A stretch of 64,000 bases of DNA from Nannocystis bainbridge (GTDB lineage: Bacteria; Myxococcota_A; Polyangia; Nannocystales; Nannocystaceae), in the NCBI RefSeq assembly GCF_028368995.1, contig NZ_JAQNDL010000005.1, forward strand, positions 352,001 through 416,000, written 5' to 3'. The notes beneath the pieces were generated by a model. That model did not search any database, had not been told where the DNA came from, and saw only the letters and a list, made by a program, of their open reading frames with translations. This document shows positions 33,694 to 43,446 of this stretch, piece after piece (position 1 is the first letter of the stretch; every line of letters starts with the position of its first letter). The position numbers were made by a program, and so were the translations under genes.

Positions 33694-34041
33694 TCAGCAC
33701 CGACCGACCGGAGGCCCGCGCGCCTTGAGCGTCGCCCGTATGCCCATTCGCGGCGACGCGCTCGGCGCTGGCAACGGCCAGGGCGAGAACGCGTCGACCA
33801 TGGCCATCGCGACCTCGTCGGTCCGCGGCGGCAAGACCGGAGCGGTCTCGTTCCTGCGGGCCGAGTGATCGGGCGACTCTTGCTGGCGCGAGACGACCGG
33901 GACATCGTGCTGCCCGACCGAGCAGACCTCGTCGTCCGCGCCCTCGAGGATTCGCATGCGGGCGCCGGTGGTGAAAAGCAACGCGGTGGACACTGCGATC
34001 AGCAGCGCCAGCACGAGTCTCCAACCGGTCATCACACGCAT
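33694..34041 (-). CDS. small secreted protein ending in ARGPP, candidate RAPP/RGPP ribosome-arrest leader peptide
   Basis: N-terminal signal/TM segment WRLVLALLIAVSTALLF, low-complexity linker, C-terminal LKARGPPVGRC. Confidence 0.55.
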   Translation of the reverse strand: MRVMTGWRLVLALLIAVSTALLFTTGARMRILEGADDEVCSVGQHDVPVVSRQQESPDHSARRNETAPVLPPRTDEVAMAMVDAFSPWPLPAPSASPRMGIRATLKARGPPVGRC

Positions 34042-34173
34042 GAAAGCTGATCGAGCCTATCACAGGACAGGCGAAGCTGCTCGCACGAGCAGGCGATGAT
34101 GCGTGAGAAATTCCCGGCCCGGGCGCCCCGGAGCCCGCGTTTACGCATTGCTGCGGCGACAGCTTGCGGCGCG

Positions 34174-35220
34174 TCACCCGAACAGGCGTCCGATCATCGC
34201 GTCGTCGACCGGCGGAAAAGCCGGCTCGTCCTCCGGGTGCGTGGCGAGGTGAGCCGCGAGCGAGGCCTCGACGAAGCCGCACAGCGCCGCGACCGCGGCC
34301 GCAGCCCGGTCGTCTGCGCGTGCCTCTGCGCCGAGAAAAGGCTCGAAGCGCGCCGACGCGCCAGCGCCAGCCGGGGCCGGCCGCGCGCGGAAGCCCGCGA
34401 TCCGCGAGGTCCACGCCGGGCTGCCCGCCAGCTCGAGCACGACGAGCGCGCGCGGTCCGGCGAGGATCATGAAGTGGACTGCGCCCGGCGGACCCGGGAT
34501 CACGAAGGTCTCGCTCATCACCGCACACGCGGTCGCGCCGGAGATCCGCCGGACCTCGGCGCAGGCGTCCGCGATCGCCTCGATCATCGGCCGGGCCGCG
34601 CTCGACGGCGTCACCGCGAACCACGAGGCGGGGCCCGGTAACAGTTGCAGCGCCGCCTCGACCAGGCCGGCGAGGTCGATGCGCCCGCTGTCGAGCGCGC
34701 TCCGGATCAGTCGCACCACGGCCTCGGCGCTCGGACCGGGGAGCCGGCGGTGGACGTGAAACGCATAGAGGCCGTCGGCCGCCGCGTGGTGGGCCGAGCA
34801 CAGGTTCATCACCACCCACGCGGTGTCGACAGCCCACGCCGGCTCGCCGAACACCGCCAGATCGTCGGCGGTCGCGTCGGGCCATAGCCGCTCCAGCAGC
34901 GCCGGTTCGCCGCCCGCCGCCGCGAGGTACCGCGCCCCGGCGCGCCGCGCCTGCGCCCGCAGCCGCGTCACGTCGCCCGCCGCGTGCTCGAGCTCGGTGA
35001 GCGCTCGCCCGATCTCGGGGTCGTCGAAGCGCCGGGCCAGCGAGCTCGCCAGCGCCGCGTCGCGGGCCACCGGCCAGCGCTCCGAGTCGTACCCCTCCCC
35101 GTCGCGCACCGCCGTGCCCACGTAGCTCTCGGGCGGCAGACGAGCGAGCAGCGGCGCGAGCGCCTCGCGCGTCACGACCCCGTCGCGGACCAGGAAGAAG
35201 AACGGCCCCGGAGCATCCAT
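34174..35220 (-). CDS. hypothetical protein
   Basis: about 349-aa ORF with genome-like codon bias; no recognised motif. Confidence 0.6.
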   Translation of the reverse strand: MDAPGPFFFLVRDGVVTREALAPLLARLPPESYVGTAVRDGEGYDSERWPVARDAALASSLARRFDDPEIGRALTELEHAAGDVTRLRAQARRAGARYLAAAGGEPALLERLWPDATADDLAVFGEPAWAVDTAWVVMNLCSAHHAAADGLYAFHVHRRLPGPSAEAVVRLIRSALDSGRIDLAGLVEAALQLLPGPASWFAVTPSSAARPMIEAIADACAEVRRISGATACAVMSETFVIPGPPGAVHFMILAGPRALVVLELAGSPAWTSRIAGFRARPAPAGAGASARFEPFLGAEARADDRAAAAVAALCGFVEASLAAHLATHPEDEPAFPPVDDAMIGRLFG

Positions 35221-35376
35221 CACCAGCCCGAGTCTACGCGACGCCCCGCAGCGAGCCCAGCAGCCCGCGCGCCGCCCGTGCGTCGTCGCTCGCGTCTACC
35301 CGAGCCTCTCCGGCGCGCCCGCGCTCGCCCCCCTGAGGCGTCCACGTCTGCGCCCCCTGCCGAGCTCGCTGCCTCG

Positions 35377-35460
35377 ACCCCTCCGAGACATGACTCGAAG
35401 GGCATGCCCGATCGACCATGACCGATCGGACATGCCCCTTCGAACATGCCCTCGTGGACA
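35377..35460. repeat. tandem array of six degenerate 14-bp palindromic units
   Basis: ACCCC-TCCG-AGACA, TGACT-CGAA-GGGCA, TGCCC-GATC-GACCA, TGACC-GATC-GGACA, TGCCC-CTTC-GAACA, TGCCC-TCGT-GGACA. Confidence 0.8.
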
Positions 35461-35578
35461 TACTCATCCAGCGAGCTCCGGAGCGCGAGCGACCGGTCCC
35501 GCCGTGCCCGGCGCTGCCTGATCTCCGGCCGCGCCTGCCAGCGCCCCCTCGCCTGCCCGACCCGGCTACACTGCGGCC

Positions 35579-36058
35579 ATGCCCAAGCAGAGCGCCGGCA
35601 TCCTGCTGTTCCGCGGCCATGGCCCCGACCTCGAGGTCCTGCTCGTCCACCCTGGCGGTCCGCTGTGGGCCCGCAAGGACGACGGCGCGTGGACGATCCC
35701 CAAGGGTGAGTTCACCGCCGACGAAGAGCCGCTCGCGGCCGCCCGCCGCGAGTTCGCCGAGGAGACCGGCGTCGCGCTCACCGGCCCCTTCCACGCCCTC
35801 GCGCCGATCCGCCAGCGCGCCGGCAAGGTCGTGCACGCCTGGGCCTGCCGCGGCGACTGCGACCCCGCCGCGCTGCGCAGCAACACCTTCGAGATCGAGT
35901 GGCCGCCGCGCTCGGGCCGGCGGCAGAGCTTCCCCGAAGTCGACCGCGCCGCCTTCTTCTCGCTCGCCGCCGCCCGCACCAAGATGAACCCGGCCCAGGT
36001 CGACCTCCTCGATCAGCTGGCCCGCCTGCCGGTCGCGCTTGACCCTCACGTGACGTGA
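35579..36058 (+). CDS. NUDIX hydrolase
   Basis: SAGILLFR...VHPGGP...WTIPKGE...AARREFAEETG Nudix box, FPEVDRA. Confidence 0.93.
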   Translation: MPKQSAGILLFRGHGPDLEVLLVHPGGPLWARKDDGAWTIPKGEFTADEEPLAAARREFAEETGVALTGPFHALAPIRQRAGKVVHAWACRGDCDPAALRSNTFEIEWPPRSGRRQSFPEVDRAAFFSLAAARTKMNPAQVDLLDQLARLPVALDPHVT

Positions 36059-36069
36059 GGCCCTATCCC
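36039..36069 (+). promoter_or_regulatory. MerR/TipA-type promoter-operator
   Basis: TTGACC-N19-TATCCC with the palindrome CCTCACGT-G-ACGTGAGG (36044-36060) in the spacer, like the Streptomyces tipA promoter. Confidence 0.8.
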
Positions 36070-36094
36070 TGTCGGCGAGGCGCGAGGCAACGCC

Positions 36095-36859
36095 ATGGCA
36101 CTCACCGTCAAACAGGTCGCGAGCATCGCCGGGGTCAGCGTCCGCACGCTGCATCACTACGACGAGATCGGCCTGCTGCGCCCCTCGGGTCGCAGCAGCG
36201 CCGGTTACCGGCTCTACAGCGAGGCCGACCTGTCTCGCCTGCAGCAGGTGTTGTTCTTCCGGGCGCTCGAGTTTCCGTTGCAGGAGATCTGCCGGCTCAT
36301 GCGCGACCCGGAGTTCGACATCGGCGCGTCGCTGCGGATGCAGCGGCAGCTGCTGCGCGAGAAGGCCGTCCGGCTGCAGAGCCTGCTCGTGGCCGTCGAC
36401 GCCGCCCTCGCCCGCCTCGGAGACGAGCGACCCATGACGAATGACGAGATGAAGCAGATGTTCGATGGTTTCGACCCCTCGGTCCACGAAGCCGAGGCGC
36501 AGCAGCGCTGGGGCGAGACCGAGGCCTACCAGGAGTCCAAACGCCGCGCCGCGACCTACGGCAAGCGCGAGTGGGAGGCGATCAAGCTCGAGGCCGACGC
36601 CACCTTCGCGCGGCTCGCCGAGCTCATGAAGGCCGGCGTCGCCCCCGACGCCGCCGACGCGATGGACGCCGCCGAGGCCCACCGCCAGCACCTCGAGCGG
36701 TGGTTCTACCCCTGCTCGCCCGCGTTCCACCGCGGCCTCGGCCAGCTCTACGTCGACGACCCGCGGTTCACCGCCAACATCGACAAGACGAGCCCGGGCC
36801 TCGCCGCCTACGCCGCGGCGGCCATCACCGCCAACGCCGGGCGCGCGGGCTCGGCATGA
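36095..36859 (+). CDS. tipA: MerR-family regulator with TipAS antibiotic-recognition domain
   Basis: VSVRTLHHYDEIGLL...GYRLY HTH; EAQQRWGETEAYQES, WFYPCS, LYVDDPRF TipAS motifs. Confidence 0.9.
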   Translation: MALTVKQVASIAGVSVRTLHHYDEIGLLRPSGRSSAGYRLYSEADLSRLQQVLFFRALEFPLQEICRLMRDPEFDIGASLRMQRQLLREKAVRLQSLLVAVDAALARLGDERPMTNDEMKQMFDGFDPSVHEAEAQQRWGETEAYQESKRRAATYGKREWEAIKLEADATFARLAELMKAGVAPDAADAMDAAEAHRQHLERWFYPCSPAFHRGLGQLYVDDPRFTANIDKTSPGLAAYAAAAITANAGRAGSA

Positions 36860-37011
36860 TCCGCCGGGGCGCGGCTGACCCGGCCGCGCCCCCCGAGCGA
36901 GCGAGCCCCGTCGCATCCCGAGCAGGAGAAACCCGCCGCGCGCGCCGAGCGCGGACCGCGACGATTTTTTCTGAGCCGTCTCCGAAGGCTCGTGCGACCT
37001 CTGTCCCCACG

Positions 37012-37632
37012 ATGCGAGCGCGGGTCGTGGGGAGCGACATCGAGCCAGCGCCGGCCGTGACGGCCGGGGCCGCGGCGTTGCTCGAGCTGGCGCGCGCCGG
37101 CGACCCGCGGACCGGCGAGGTCCTGTTCGACCTCGTCGGCGCCCAGGTCAATCGCCTCGTGTGGCGCGTGCTCGGGGCCGACGAGGACCACGACGACCTC
37201 GTCCAGGAGGTGTTCGTCGCCCTGCTCGCCGGCCTCACGCGCGTGCGTGAGGCCGACGCGTTGCGCGGGTGGGTGGCCGCGGTGACGATCAACACCGTGC
37301 GCAGCGAGATCCGTCGCCGCCGCGTGCGGCGATGGTTCGGCATGCAGGCGGCGCCCGACGACCTGGGGCACACGCCCACCGCCTCGCACGAGGCCCGCGA
37401 GCTGCTGGGGCGCACCTACGCCGTGCTCGGGCGCCTGCCCGCCGACGAGCGCATCGCCTTCGCCCTGCGCTTCATCGACGAGCAGCCGCTCGGCGACGTC
37501 GCCGCCGCCTGCAGCTGTTCCCTCGCCACCGTGAAGCGCCGGATCTCCGCGGCCCAGGCCCGGTTTCGCCGGCTCGCCGAGCGCGACCCGATGCTCGCCG
37601 AACACTTGCGCGAACTCGAGGTGCAGCGATGA
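37012..37632 (+). CDS. ECF sigma factor
   Basis: DDLVQEVF, LRGWV, CSLATVKRRI. Confidence 0.9.
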   Translation: MRARVVGSDIEPAPAVTAGAAALLELARAGDPRTGEVLFDLVGAQVNRLVWRVLGADEDHDDLVQEVFVALLAGLTRVREADALRGWVAAVTINTVRSEIRRRRVRRWFGMQAAPDDLGHTPTASHEARELLGRTYAVLGRLPADERIAFALRFIDEQPLGDVAAACSCSLATVKRRISAAQARFRRLAERDPMLAEHLRELEVQR

Positions 37633-38747
37633 CGGATCCCGTGCAGCGTCTGGCCCGCGAGGTCGCCCGCACTCTCGGCGACGGCCCGGCGCCGATCCGC
37701 CGCCAGCGCCAGCGCGCCGCGGTCGCTCGCCTCACGCGTGCGCCCCGGCGCGCGGCCCGGAGCGCGTGGTGGCTCGCGCCGCTGGTCGCCGCCGCCATCC
37801 TCGTCCTGGTGCTCGCGCGCCCGGCCCCCTCGGTCGCCCCGCTCACCGTCACGGTCGCCTCGCAGGCCGTCATGGTCGGCGCCCGGCTGGCCGCGCCCGA
37901 GCACGAGGCCCTGGTGCTCGAGTTCTCCGATCGCAGCCGCGCCGAGCTCAACCCCGGCAGCGCCGCGCGACTCACCCGGGCCGAAGCGACCCGCGTCGAG
38001 CTGCACCTCGAGCGCGGCGCCGTCGCCCTCGACGTGCAGCCCGCCGCAGGCCGCGAGTGGTTCGTGATCGCCGGCCCCTTCACCGTCGCGCTCACCGACG
38101 CCGCCGCCCGCGCGACCTGGGACCCCGAGATGCGCGCGCTGATCGTCGAGGTCCATCGCGGCAGCGCGAGTGTCGACGGCGCCGCGCCGAAGCATGTGAG
38201 CGCCGGCCAACGCCTCGAGCTGCGCGACCCGCCGGTCGTGGCTACCACCGCGGGTGACGCGAGCCCATCGCTCGACGCGACCACGTCGCTCCCGGTAGCG
38301 AGCGCGAGCTCATCCCGCGCCCCGACCGATCCGTCGATCCCGCTCTCGCGCGAAGCCACGAAGCCGCGCCCTTCCGGGTCACCGACCTGGATCGCGCTCG
38401 CCGACGCCGGTGATCACGCCGCCGCCCTCCTCGCCGCCGAGCGCCTCGGCTTCTCCTCTCTATTAAAAACTCTGGACGCCGAACGCCTCGACCTGCTCGC
38501 CCGCTGCGCCCGCTTCGCCGGCGACGGCCCGCGCGCCCGCGACGCCTTGCAGGCCCTGCGGCGCCGCTTCCCGGGCGACCCACGGGCCCGCACCGCCGCC
38601 TTCTTGCTCGGCCGCGTCGCCCTCGATCTGGGGCGCGATCCGGCGCATGCCCGCGAGTGGTTCACCACCTACCTGTCCGAAGAGCCAGACGGTCCTCTGG
38701 CTGGCGACGCCCGTCGTCGGCTCGACGAGCTCGCCCCGCGAAAATAA
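37629..38747 (+). CDS. FecR-domain anti-sigma factor with C-terminal TPR-like region
   Basis: ATGA overlap with the ECF gene; TM helix; LEFSDRSRAEL...LERG...VEVHRGSASV FecR-like; AAFLLGR...YLSEEPDGPLA. Confidence 0.8.
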   Translation: MTDPVQRLAREVARTLGDGPAPIRRQRQRAAVARLTRAPRRAARSAWWLAPLVAAAILVLVLARPAPSVAPLTVTVASQAVMVGARLAAPEHEALVLEFSDRSRAELNPGSAARLTRAEATRVELHLERGAVALDVQPAAGREWFVIAGPFTVALTDAAARATWDPEMRALIVEVHRGSASVDGAAPKHVSAGQRLELRDPPVVATTAGDASPSLDATTSLPVASASSSRAPTDPSIPLSREATKPRPSGSPTWIALADAGDHAAALLAAERLGFSSLLKTLDAERLDLLARCARFAGDGPRARDALQALRRRFPGDPRARTAAFLLGRVALDLGRDPAHAREWFTTYLSEEPDGPLAGDARRRLDELAPRK

Positions 38748-38983
38748 ATGAGCCGCCCATGAATCCGAGTTCGGCTGCTGCAGCGCCTCTTGCGGATTCG
38801 CCGGCCCCGACACCTGCCCGGGCGGCCTGACATCGCGACCCTACTTCGAGCTCTGGGAGGACGCCCCCGACGACCCAAAGGACATCGGCATCTGCGCGCT
38901 CCCGTGATCCGCACGACCGCGCGGCCAGGGTGACCCGCCGCAAGCTCGCCGCCGTCGCGCTCGCACCCCGGCGAATCATTCGC

Positions 38984-39025
38984 TGTCCCTCAGGACATGC
39001 CCCAATGAGCATGTCCTGAGGGACA
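38984..39025. repeat. three tandem 14-bp palindromic units
   Basis: TGTCC-CTCA-GGACA, TGCCC-CAAT-GAGCA, TGTCC-TGAG-GGACA. Confidence 0.85.
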
Positions 39026-39117
39026 TTCAAGCATGCCATCCAATCGCCGGCGCGTGCATACGAGCCGCGCCAATTCACAGTCGCCGAAGCCCTGGCCATC
39101 GGGCATCCTTCCGGCCG

Positions 39118-40359
39118 ATGGCTCGCCCCGCAGCTTGCTTGCTCGCCGTCCTCCTCGGAACGACCGGCGGCTCCGCGCGCGCGGCCACCGTGGTGGTGGT
39201 CCGCGCCGACGGCGGCGCCGGGCCGCGCTGGGGCCTCGCCGAGCAGCGCGTCCGCGACGAGCTGCGCGCGCTCGGCATGACCGTCGCCGACGCGCGCCCG
39301 TCCAGCCTCGACGACGGCGCGATGGCGGCCCTGCTCGCCGAGCACGCCGCCGTCGCCGCCGTCCACATCACCCGCGCCAGCGATCGCGCCGAAGTGACGC
39401 TGTGGCTCGCCGAGCCCGCCCCGCGCCGGATCGCCCTCACGCTCGAAGGCAGCCAGCCCGCAGCCATCGCTGCCCTGCACACCGCCGAGCTCGTGTACGG
39501 CGAGAGCCGCAGCGCGACGCCCCCTCGACCCGTCGCCGACGCCGACGCCGCTCCGCCCGCCCCGCTGGTCTCGTGGGACCCCGCCGCGAGCACGAGCCCG
39601 CCGCCCGCGATCCCGGCCCCGCCGCGACCCGCCCCGGCAATGTCGACCGAACCGTCGCCGCAATCGCTCGTCCCCCCGCTGCCCGCCGCGGCCGAGGCGC
39701 CCCGGCCGTCCTCGCGACCGCCGATCTCGCAGCCCGAATTGGCCGCCCCGCCAGCGCCGACTCGCCCGCCGCAGCCCTCCGAATTCGATGACGAGCTCCC
39801 GCCCCTCGTGCGCGCCGCACCGGCCCCCGCGGGCCGGCAGGGCCTCCTCGTCGCCGTCGACGTCGGCGGCGGCCCGGGCGGCGCCGGCGTGCTCGTGGGC
39901 CCCGAGCTGGCCGCGCGACGCGAGCTGACGTCTCGCCTCGAGTTCGGCGGCGGGCTGTTCTCGCTGCTGTCGCCGACCTGGATGGCCGGCCCTCGCGGAT
40001 CGATCCGCCTCGGCCTGGTCGCCGCGCGCGTGCAGCTCGGCCTCCGCTGGCAGCTCGCGCCCCGCCTGTCCCTGCGCCTCGCGCTCGGCGGGGGCATCGC
40101 GCTCGGCTGGGCCGTCGGTCGCGCCCTCGAGCCCTGGCGCAGCGCCACCAGTTTCGCGCCCGTCGGCCTGCTGTCGCCGGCGATCACCTTCGTGATTCCT
40201 TTCGCTCGCCGCGCCTCGCTGCACGCCGGGTTCGCGGCCGACATCCTGCTGCCGGCGATGCGCATCCACAGCGCCGGCCTCGAGACAGCCCGGCTCGGCC
40301 TGCCGCTCCTGCGCGGCGTCCTCGGTATCGCCTGGGACTGGTCGCTGCGCCGCCCGTGA
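39118..40359 (+). CDS. exported protein with Pro-rich linker and possible C-terminal beta-barrel
   Basis: signal peptide; Pro-rich middle; alternating amphipathic strands ending LGIAWDW. Confidence 0.65.
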   Translation: MARPAACLLAVLLGTTGGSARAATVVVVRADGGAGPRWGLAEQRVRDELRALGMTVADARPSSLDDGAMAALLAEHAAVAAVHITRASDRAEVTLWLAEPAPRRIALTLEGSQPAAIAALHTAELVYGESRSATPPRPVADADAAPPAPLVSWDPAASTSPPPAIPAPPRPAPAMSTEPSPQSLVPPLPAAAEAPRPSSRPPISQPELAAPPAPTRPPQPSEFDDELPPLVRAAPAPAGRQGLLVAVDVGGGPGGAGVLVGPELAARRELTSRLEFGGGLFSLLSPTWMAGPRGSIRLGLVAARVQLGLRWQLAPRLSLRLALGGGIALGWAVGRALEPWRSATSFAPVGLLSPAITFVIPFARRASLHAGFAADILLPAMRIHSAGLETARLGLPLLRGVLGIAWDWSLRRP

Positions 40360-40433
40360 GGCGCGAAAAAAACTACGCCCGCTCGGCGACGGAACCCGCG
40401 AGGCGCGGAGAACCGCTCGAGTGAAGGACGATC

Positions 40434-41807
40434 ATGGCTGCCCCATCCCCTCCACGCATTCCCCTCTTTATCGCCGTTGTCTCGCTCGGCGTGCCGGCCT
40501 GCATCGAGAACTACCAGGTCGGACAGAACCCCGCGGAGACCGACACGGCCGGCGACCCCGGCACCGACAGCGATGATTCGGGCCCATCGGCGCCGGCCAC
40601 CTGCGGGGACGGCGTCCTCGACGCCGACGAGGCCTGCGACGACGGCAACGACGACCCCGCCGACGGCTGCGATCTCGAGTGCCGTCCGACCGCCGTCGTC
40701 GCGTGGACCCGCACCGACCGCGGCGGCGCCGAGCTGGGCGCCCGCGCCGTCGACATCGCCGTCGACCCGACCGGACGGATCGTCGTCGTCGGCGCCGAGC
40801 ATCGCCCGTCCGGGTTCGAGCGAGCCTTCGTGCTCGTCCTCGATCCCGCGGGCGAGGTCGTCTGGCGCCACACCGAGGCCGACGGCGTGGCCGACGCCAG
40901 CCTGTTCTTCGACGTCGAGGTCGACGCCGGCGGCCGGATCTTCGTCGCCGGCAACGACACCGTCGAGGACAAGGCCACGAGCCTCGTCCGCGGCTTCGCC
41001 CCCACGGCCGAGCCGCTCTGGACCTTCCGCCAGTCGCTCCCCCAGCACTTCGGGCAGGCACGGGCCCTCGCGCTCGGCCCCGACGCGCTCTACTCGGTCA
41101 GCAACGAGGGCCAGCTCGACGGCACCATGGAGCTCATCGTCCGCCGCCACGACCTGCTCACCGGCGCCGCCGCCTGGCAGAGCCCGCACGGCGCGCCCAT
41201 GGTCGAGTACGGGGCCGACATCGTCGTCGCGGGCGGCCGGCTCGCCGTCGTCGGCTCCACGTTCCCGCTCGACGGCGAGGTGCCGCACCCGCTCGTCGCC
41301 TCGTTCGCGTTCGACGGCGCGTTGCTGGCCAGCGCCGTCGAAGCGCCGGTCGAGGGCGAATGGTACGGGGTCGCGCCCATCGGCGCGGCGGGAGACTTGC
41401 TGCTCGCCGGCTACGTGGTCCACCAGGGTGAAATCGACCGGGACGCGGTGCTGCGGCGCGTCGACGCCGACGGCCAGGAGCTCTGGACCTTCTTCGACGA
41501 CGGCCCCTCCGAGCTGTTCCAGAACGTCGCCGTGCGCCCCGACGAGACCTTCATCGCCGCCGGCGCCGGCCGGATCGGCGACGCCTACGCCGTCTATAGT
41601 TATACGCGCCGCTTCGCCGGCGATGGCACGACGATCTGGTCGTCGCAGCTGTTCGACGCCGGCCCGAACATGGACGAGATGGCCACCTCGATCGCGCTCG
41701 GCCCCGGCTTCGTGGCCGCCACCGGCATGTGGTGGGAGGGCGCCGCCAAGGGCACCGGCGGGGCGAGTCAGGCCAACTTCTGGGTCCGACGATTCGCCGA
41801 CCAGTGA
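40434..41807 (+). CDS. lipoprotein with myxobacterial Cys-rich repeat and beta-propeller
   Basis: LGVPAC lipobox; [23 protein letters not shown]; repeated propeller blades. Confidence 0.8.
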   Translation: MAAPSPPRIPLFIAVVSLGVPACIENYQVGQNPAETDTAGDPGTDSDDSGPSAPATCGDGVLDADEACDDGNDDPADGCDLECRPTAVVAWTRTDRGGAELGARAVDIAVDPTGRIVVVGAEHRPSGFERAFVLVLDPAGEVVWRHTEADGVADASLFFDVEVDAGGRIFVAGNDTVEDKATSLVRGFAPTAEPLWTFRQSLPQHFGQARALALGPDALYSVSNEGQLDGTMELIVRRHDLLTGAAAWQSPHGAPMVEYGADIVVAGGRLAVVGSTFPLDGEVPHPLVASFAFDGALLASAVEAPVEGEWYGVAPIGAAGDLLLAGYVVHQGEIDRDAVLRRVDADGQELWTFFDDGPSELFQNVAVRPDETFIAAGAGRIGDAYAVYSYTRRFAGDGTTIWSSQLFDAGPNMDEMATSIALGPGFVAATGMWWEGAAKGTGGASQANFWVRRFADQ

Positions 41808-42141
41808 GCCGGCCGCCCTCGCATGCCTCGCACGCTCATGCATGCGAGGGCCCGGCGAGCGCTCGCTATATTCACCACGCGCATGCACCCCGGCGCGCGC
41901 CTCTCGGCGCCTTCGCCTGCATCGCACTCGCAGTCGCCCCGGCCCCCAATGGCTTCGGGGCCAGAGGCTCGTCGGTGAGCTAGCGAAGACCGCGGCGATC
42001 GTGCGGCGCATCATGAAACATGCTGGGAGCGTGCGAGCGCCGGCGCTGGACAGCGAAACGGTCGCCCCCGAGGGTCGCGCTCGCCGGTGCTCGCAAGAGA
42101 CCGGTGCGCCACGTCGCGAGGACGACCGCTCCGTCGAGCGA

Positions 42142-42513
42142 TCAGCCCTTCAGCTGCGGCACCTCCGGCGGGAACACGATCTCCTCCACGCTGTCGGCCC
42201 ACTCGGCCGTCACCCCCCTCGTGCCCAGGCGATTCTCGAGCGACCGGATCGCCACGTAGGGCACGGGGATCTGGATCCCGATGCCCACGTAGCGGCCGAT
42301 CACCTCGAATTGCCAGTACTCGGGCCTCTGAATGTACACCACGGGCTCGAGCCACACCTCGATGTCCGCCCGGGGCAGCATGCCGCGGACGACCAGGAAA
42401 TACGTGTTGGAGTCGGGGTCGAGCACCACGTGGGCCTCGGCGCGGACATCCTCGATCGCCCGCTCGAGCGGGAACCACTCGTTCAACAGAGGACCTCTAC
42501 TCTTGCTTCCCAT
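42142..42513 (-). CDS. hypothetical protein
   Basis: GGAGG RBS before ATG at 42513; 123-aa globular-looking ORF. Confidence 0.65.
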   Translation of the reverse strand: MGSKSRGPLLNEWFPLERAIEDVRAEAHVVLDPDSNTYFLVVRGMLPRADIEVWLEPVVYIQRPEYWQFEVIGRYVGIGIQIPVPYVAIRSLENRLGTRGVTAEWADSVEEIVFPPEVPQLKG

Positions 42514-42768
42514 GACATTCCTCCGAATTGCCCGAATGTTGCAGATCGATCGCGGTTCGGGCGCGACGCACAGCCGATGGACCGAAATCCAGCCACAAAG
42601 CCTACTGCTGTCGGCTGAAAACGCCAGAAGTTTGGGTCCTTGCCCATGAGACGCAGACGGGCGCGCCGCCGGAGAGCGCGGCGCCTGCCCGTCCACGAGG
42701 CGCGCGCGAACTCGCAGAGTAATGGTGAGAGCATCTGGAGAAGAGGGTGAGCGCCCATCTTCCAAATT

Positions 42769-43050
42769 GTGCGCCAGATCGCTGGTTGGCGACTTACGCT
42801 ATTCCAAAGCTATAGGGCGAAAGGAGCCAGGTATAGGAGCGATACTGAGCGCGCAAAGAACAGCCTGAAACGTGAAACGAAGGACTACGTTATCGACGTC
42901 CACTACGAGAATTCCGGCACGCCGTCGGAGCGGGTTCAGGCGATGAAGCGGTGGATCGCCAAGAACTTGAACTTCGAACAGTACATGACGTCCAGGTTGG
43001 TGATGGAATCTGACGGGACCGTGTTCATCTATTGGCTTACGAAGGTCTGA
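42769..43050 (+). CDS. low-GC ORF, probably a fragment of a foreign gene
   Basis: markedly A-rich relative to the flanks; protein-like sequence; no clear RBS. Confidence 0.35.
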   Translation: MRQIAGWRLTLFQSYRAKGARYRSDTERAKNSLKRETKDYVIDVHYENSGTPSERVQAMKRWIAKNLNFEQYMTSRLVMESDGTVFIYWLTKV

Positions 43051-43446
43051 CAACCCGCCCACACGTCGAATCCGCCGCCTTCGCCGCGGGCTCGTCGCCG
43101 AGCCGGCACAAGGCCCCGATGCGCGCCGCCTCGCGCACTCCCGCCAGCGCCCGCCGGGGAACCGCTGCGCCTGTCCCATGCAGCCCGGCGCCCATTCGGG
43201 GGGGCTGGAATCGCTCCGGACTTTCGGCATTTTTCAGCCGGCAGAACTAGCCGTCCTCCGGACGGGCCCCAGCGGGCGGCGGATCCGCCTGATCGGCGTC
43301 ATGAACAAGGCCATGAGAGCGCGCCGCGCTGCGGCCGCAACGGTCGCTCTTTCGCGGCTCGATCGCGGCGGGGGGCGAACGCATCTTTTCCACTCATGGT
43401 CGATTCGCGCCCCCGTGACATTCGCCTCGCTCATAGCATTCACATC

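Noticed and set aside
36960-37000. Shared ECF promoter motif with T/A tracts upstream of 37012, 40434 and 61140
   Set aside because: Tracts are present but I could not align a consistent -35/-10 pair by eye.
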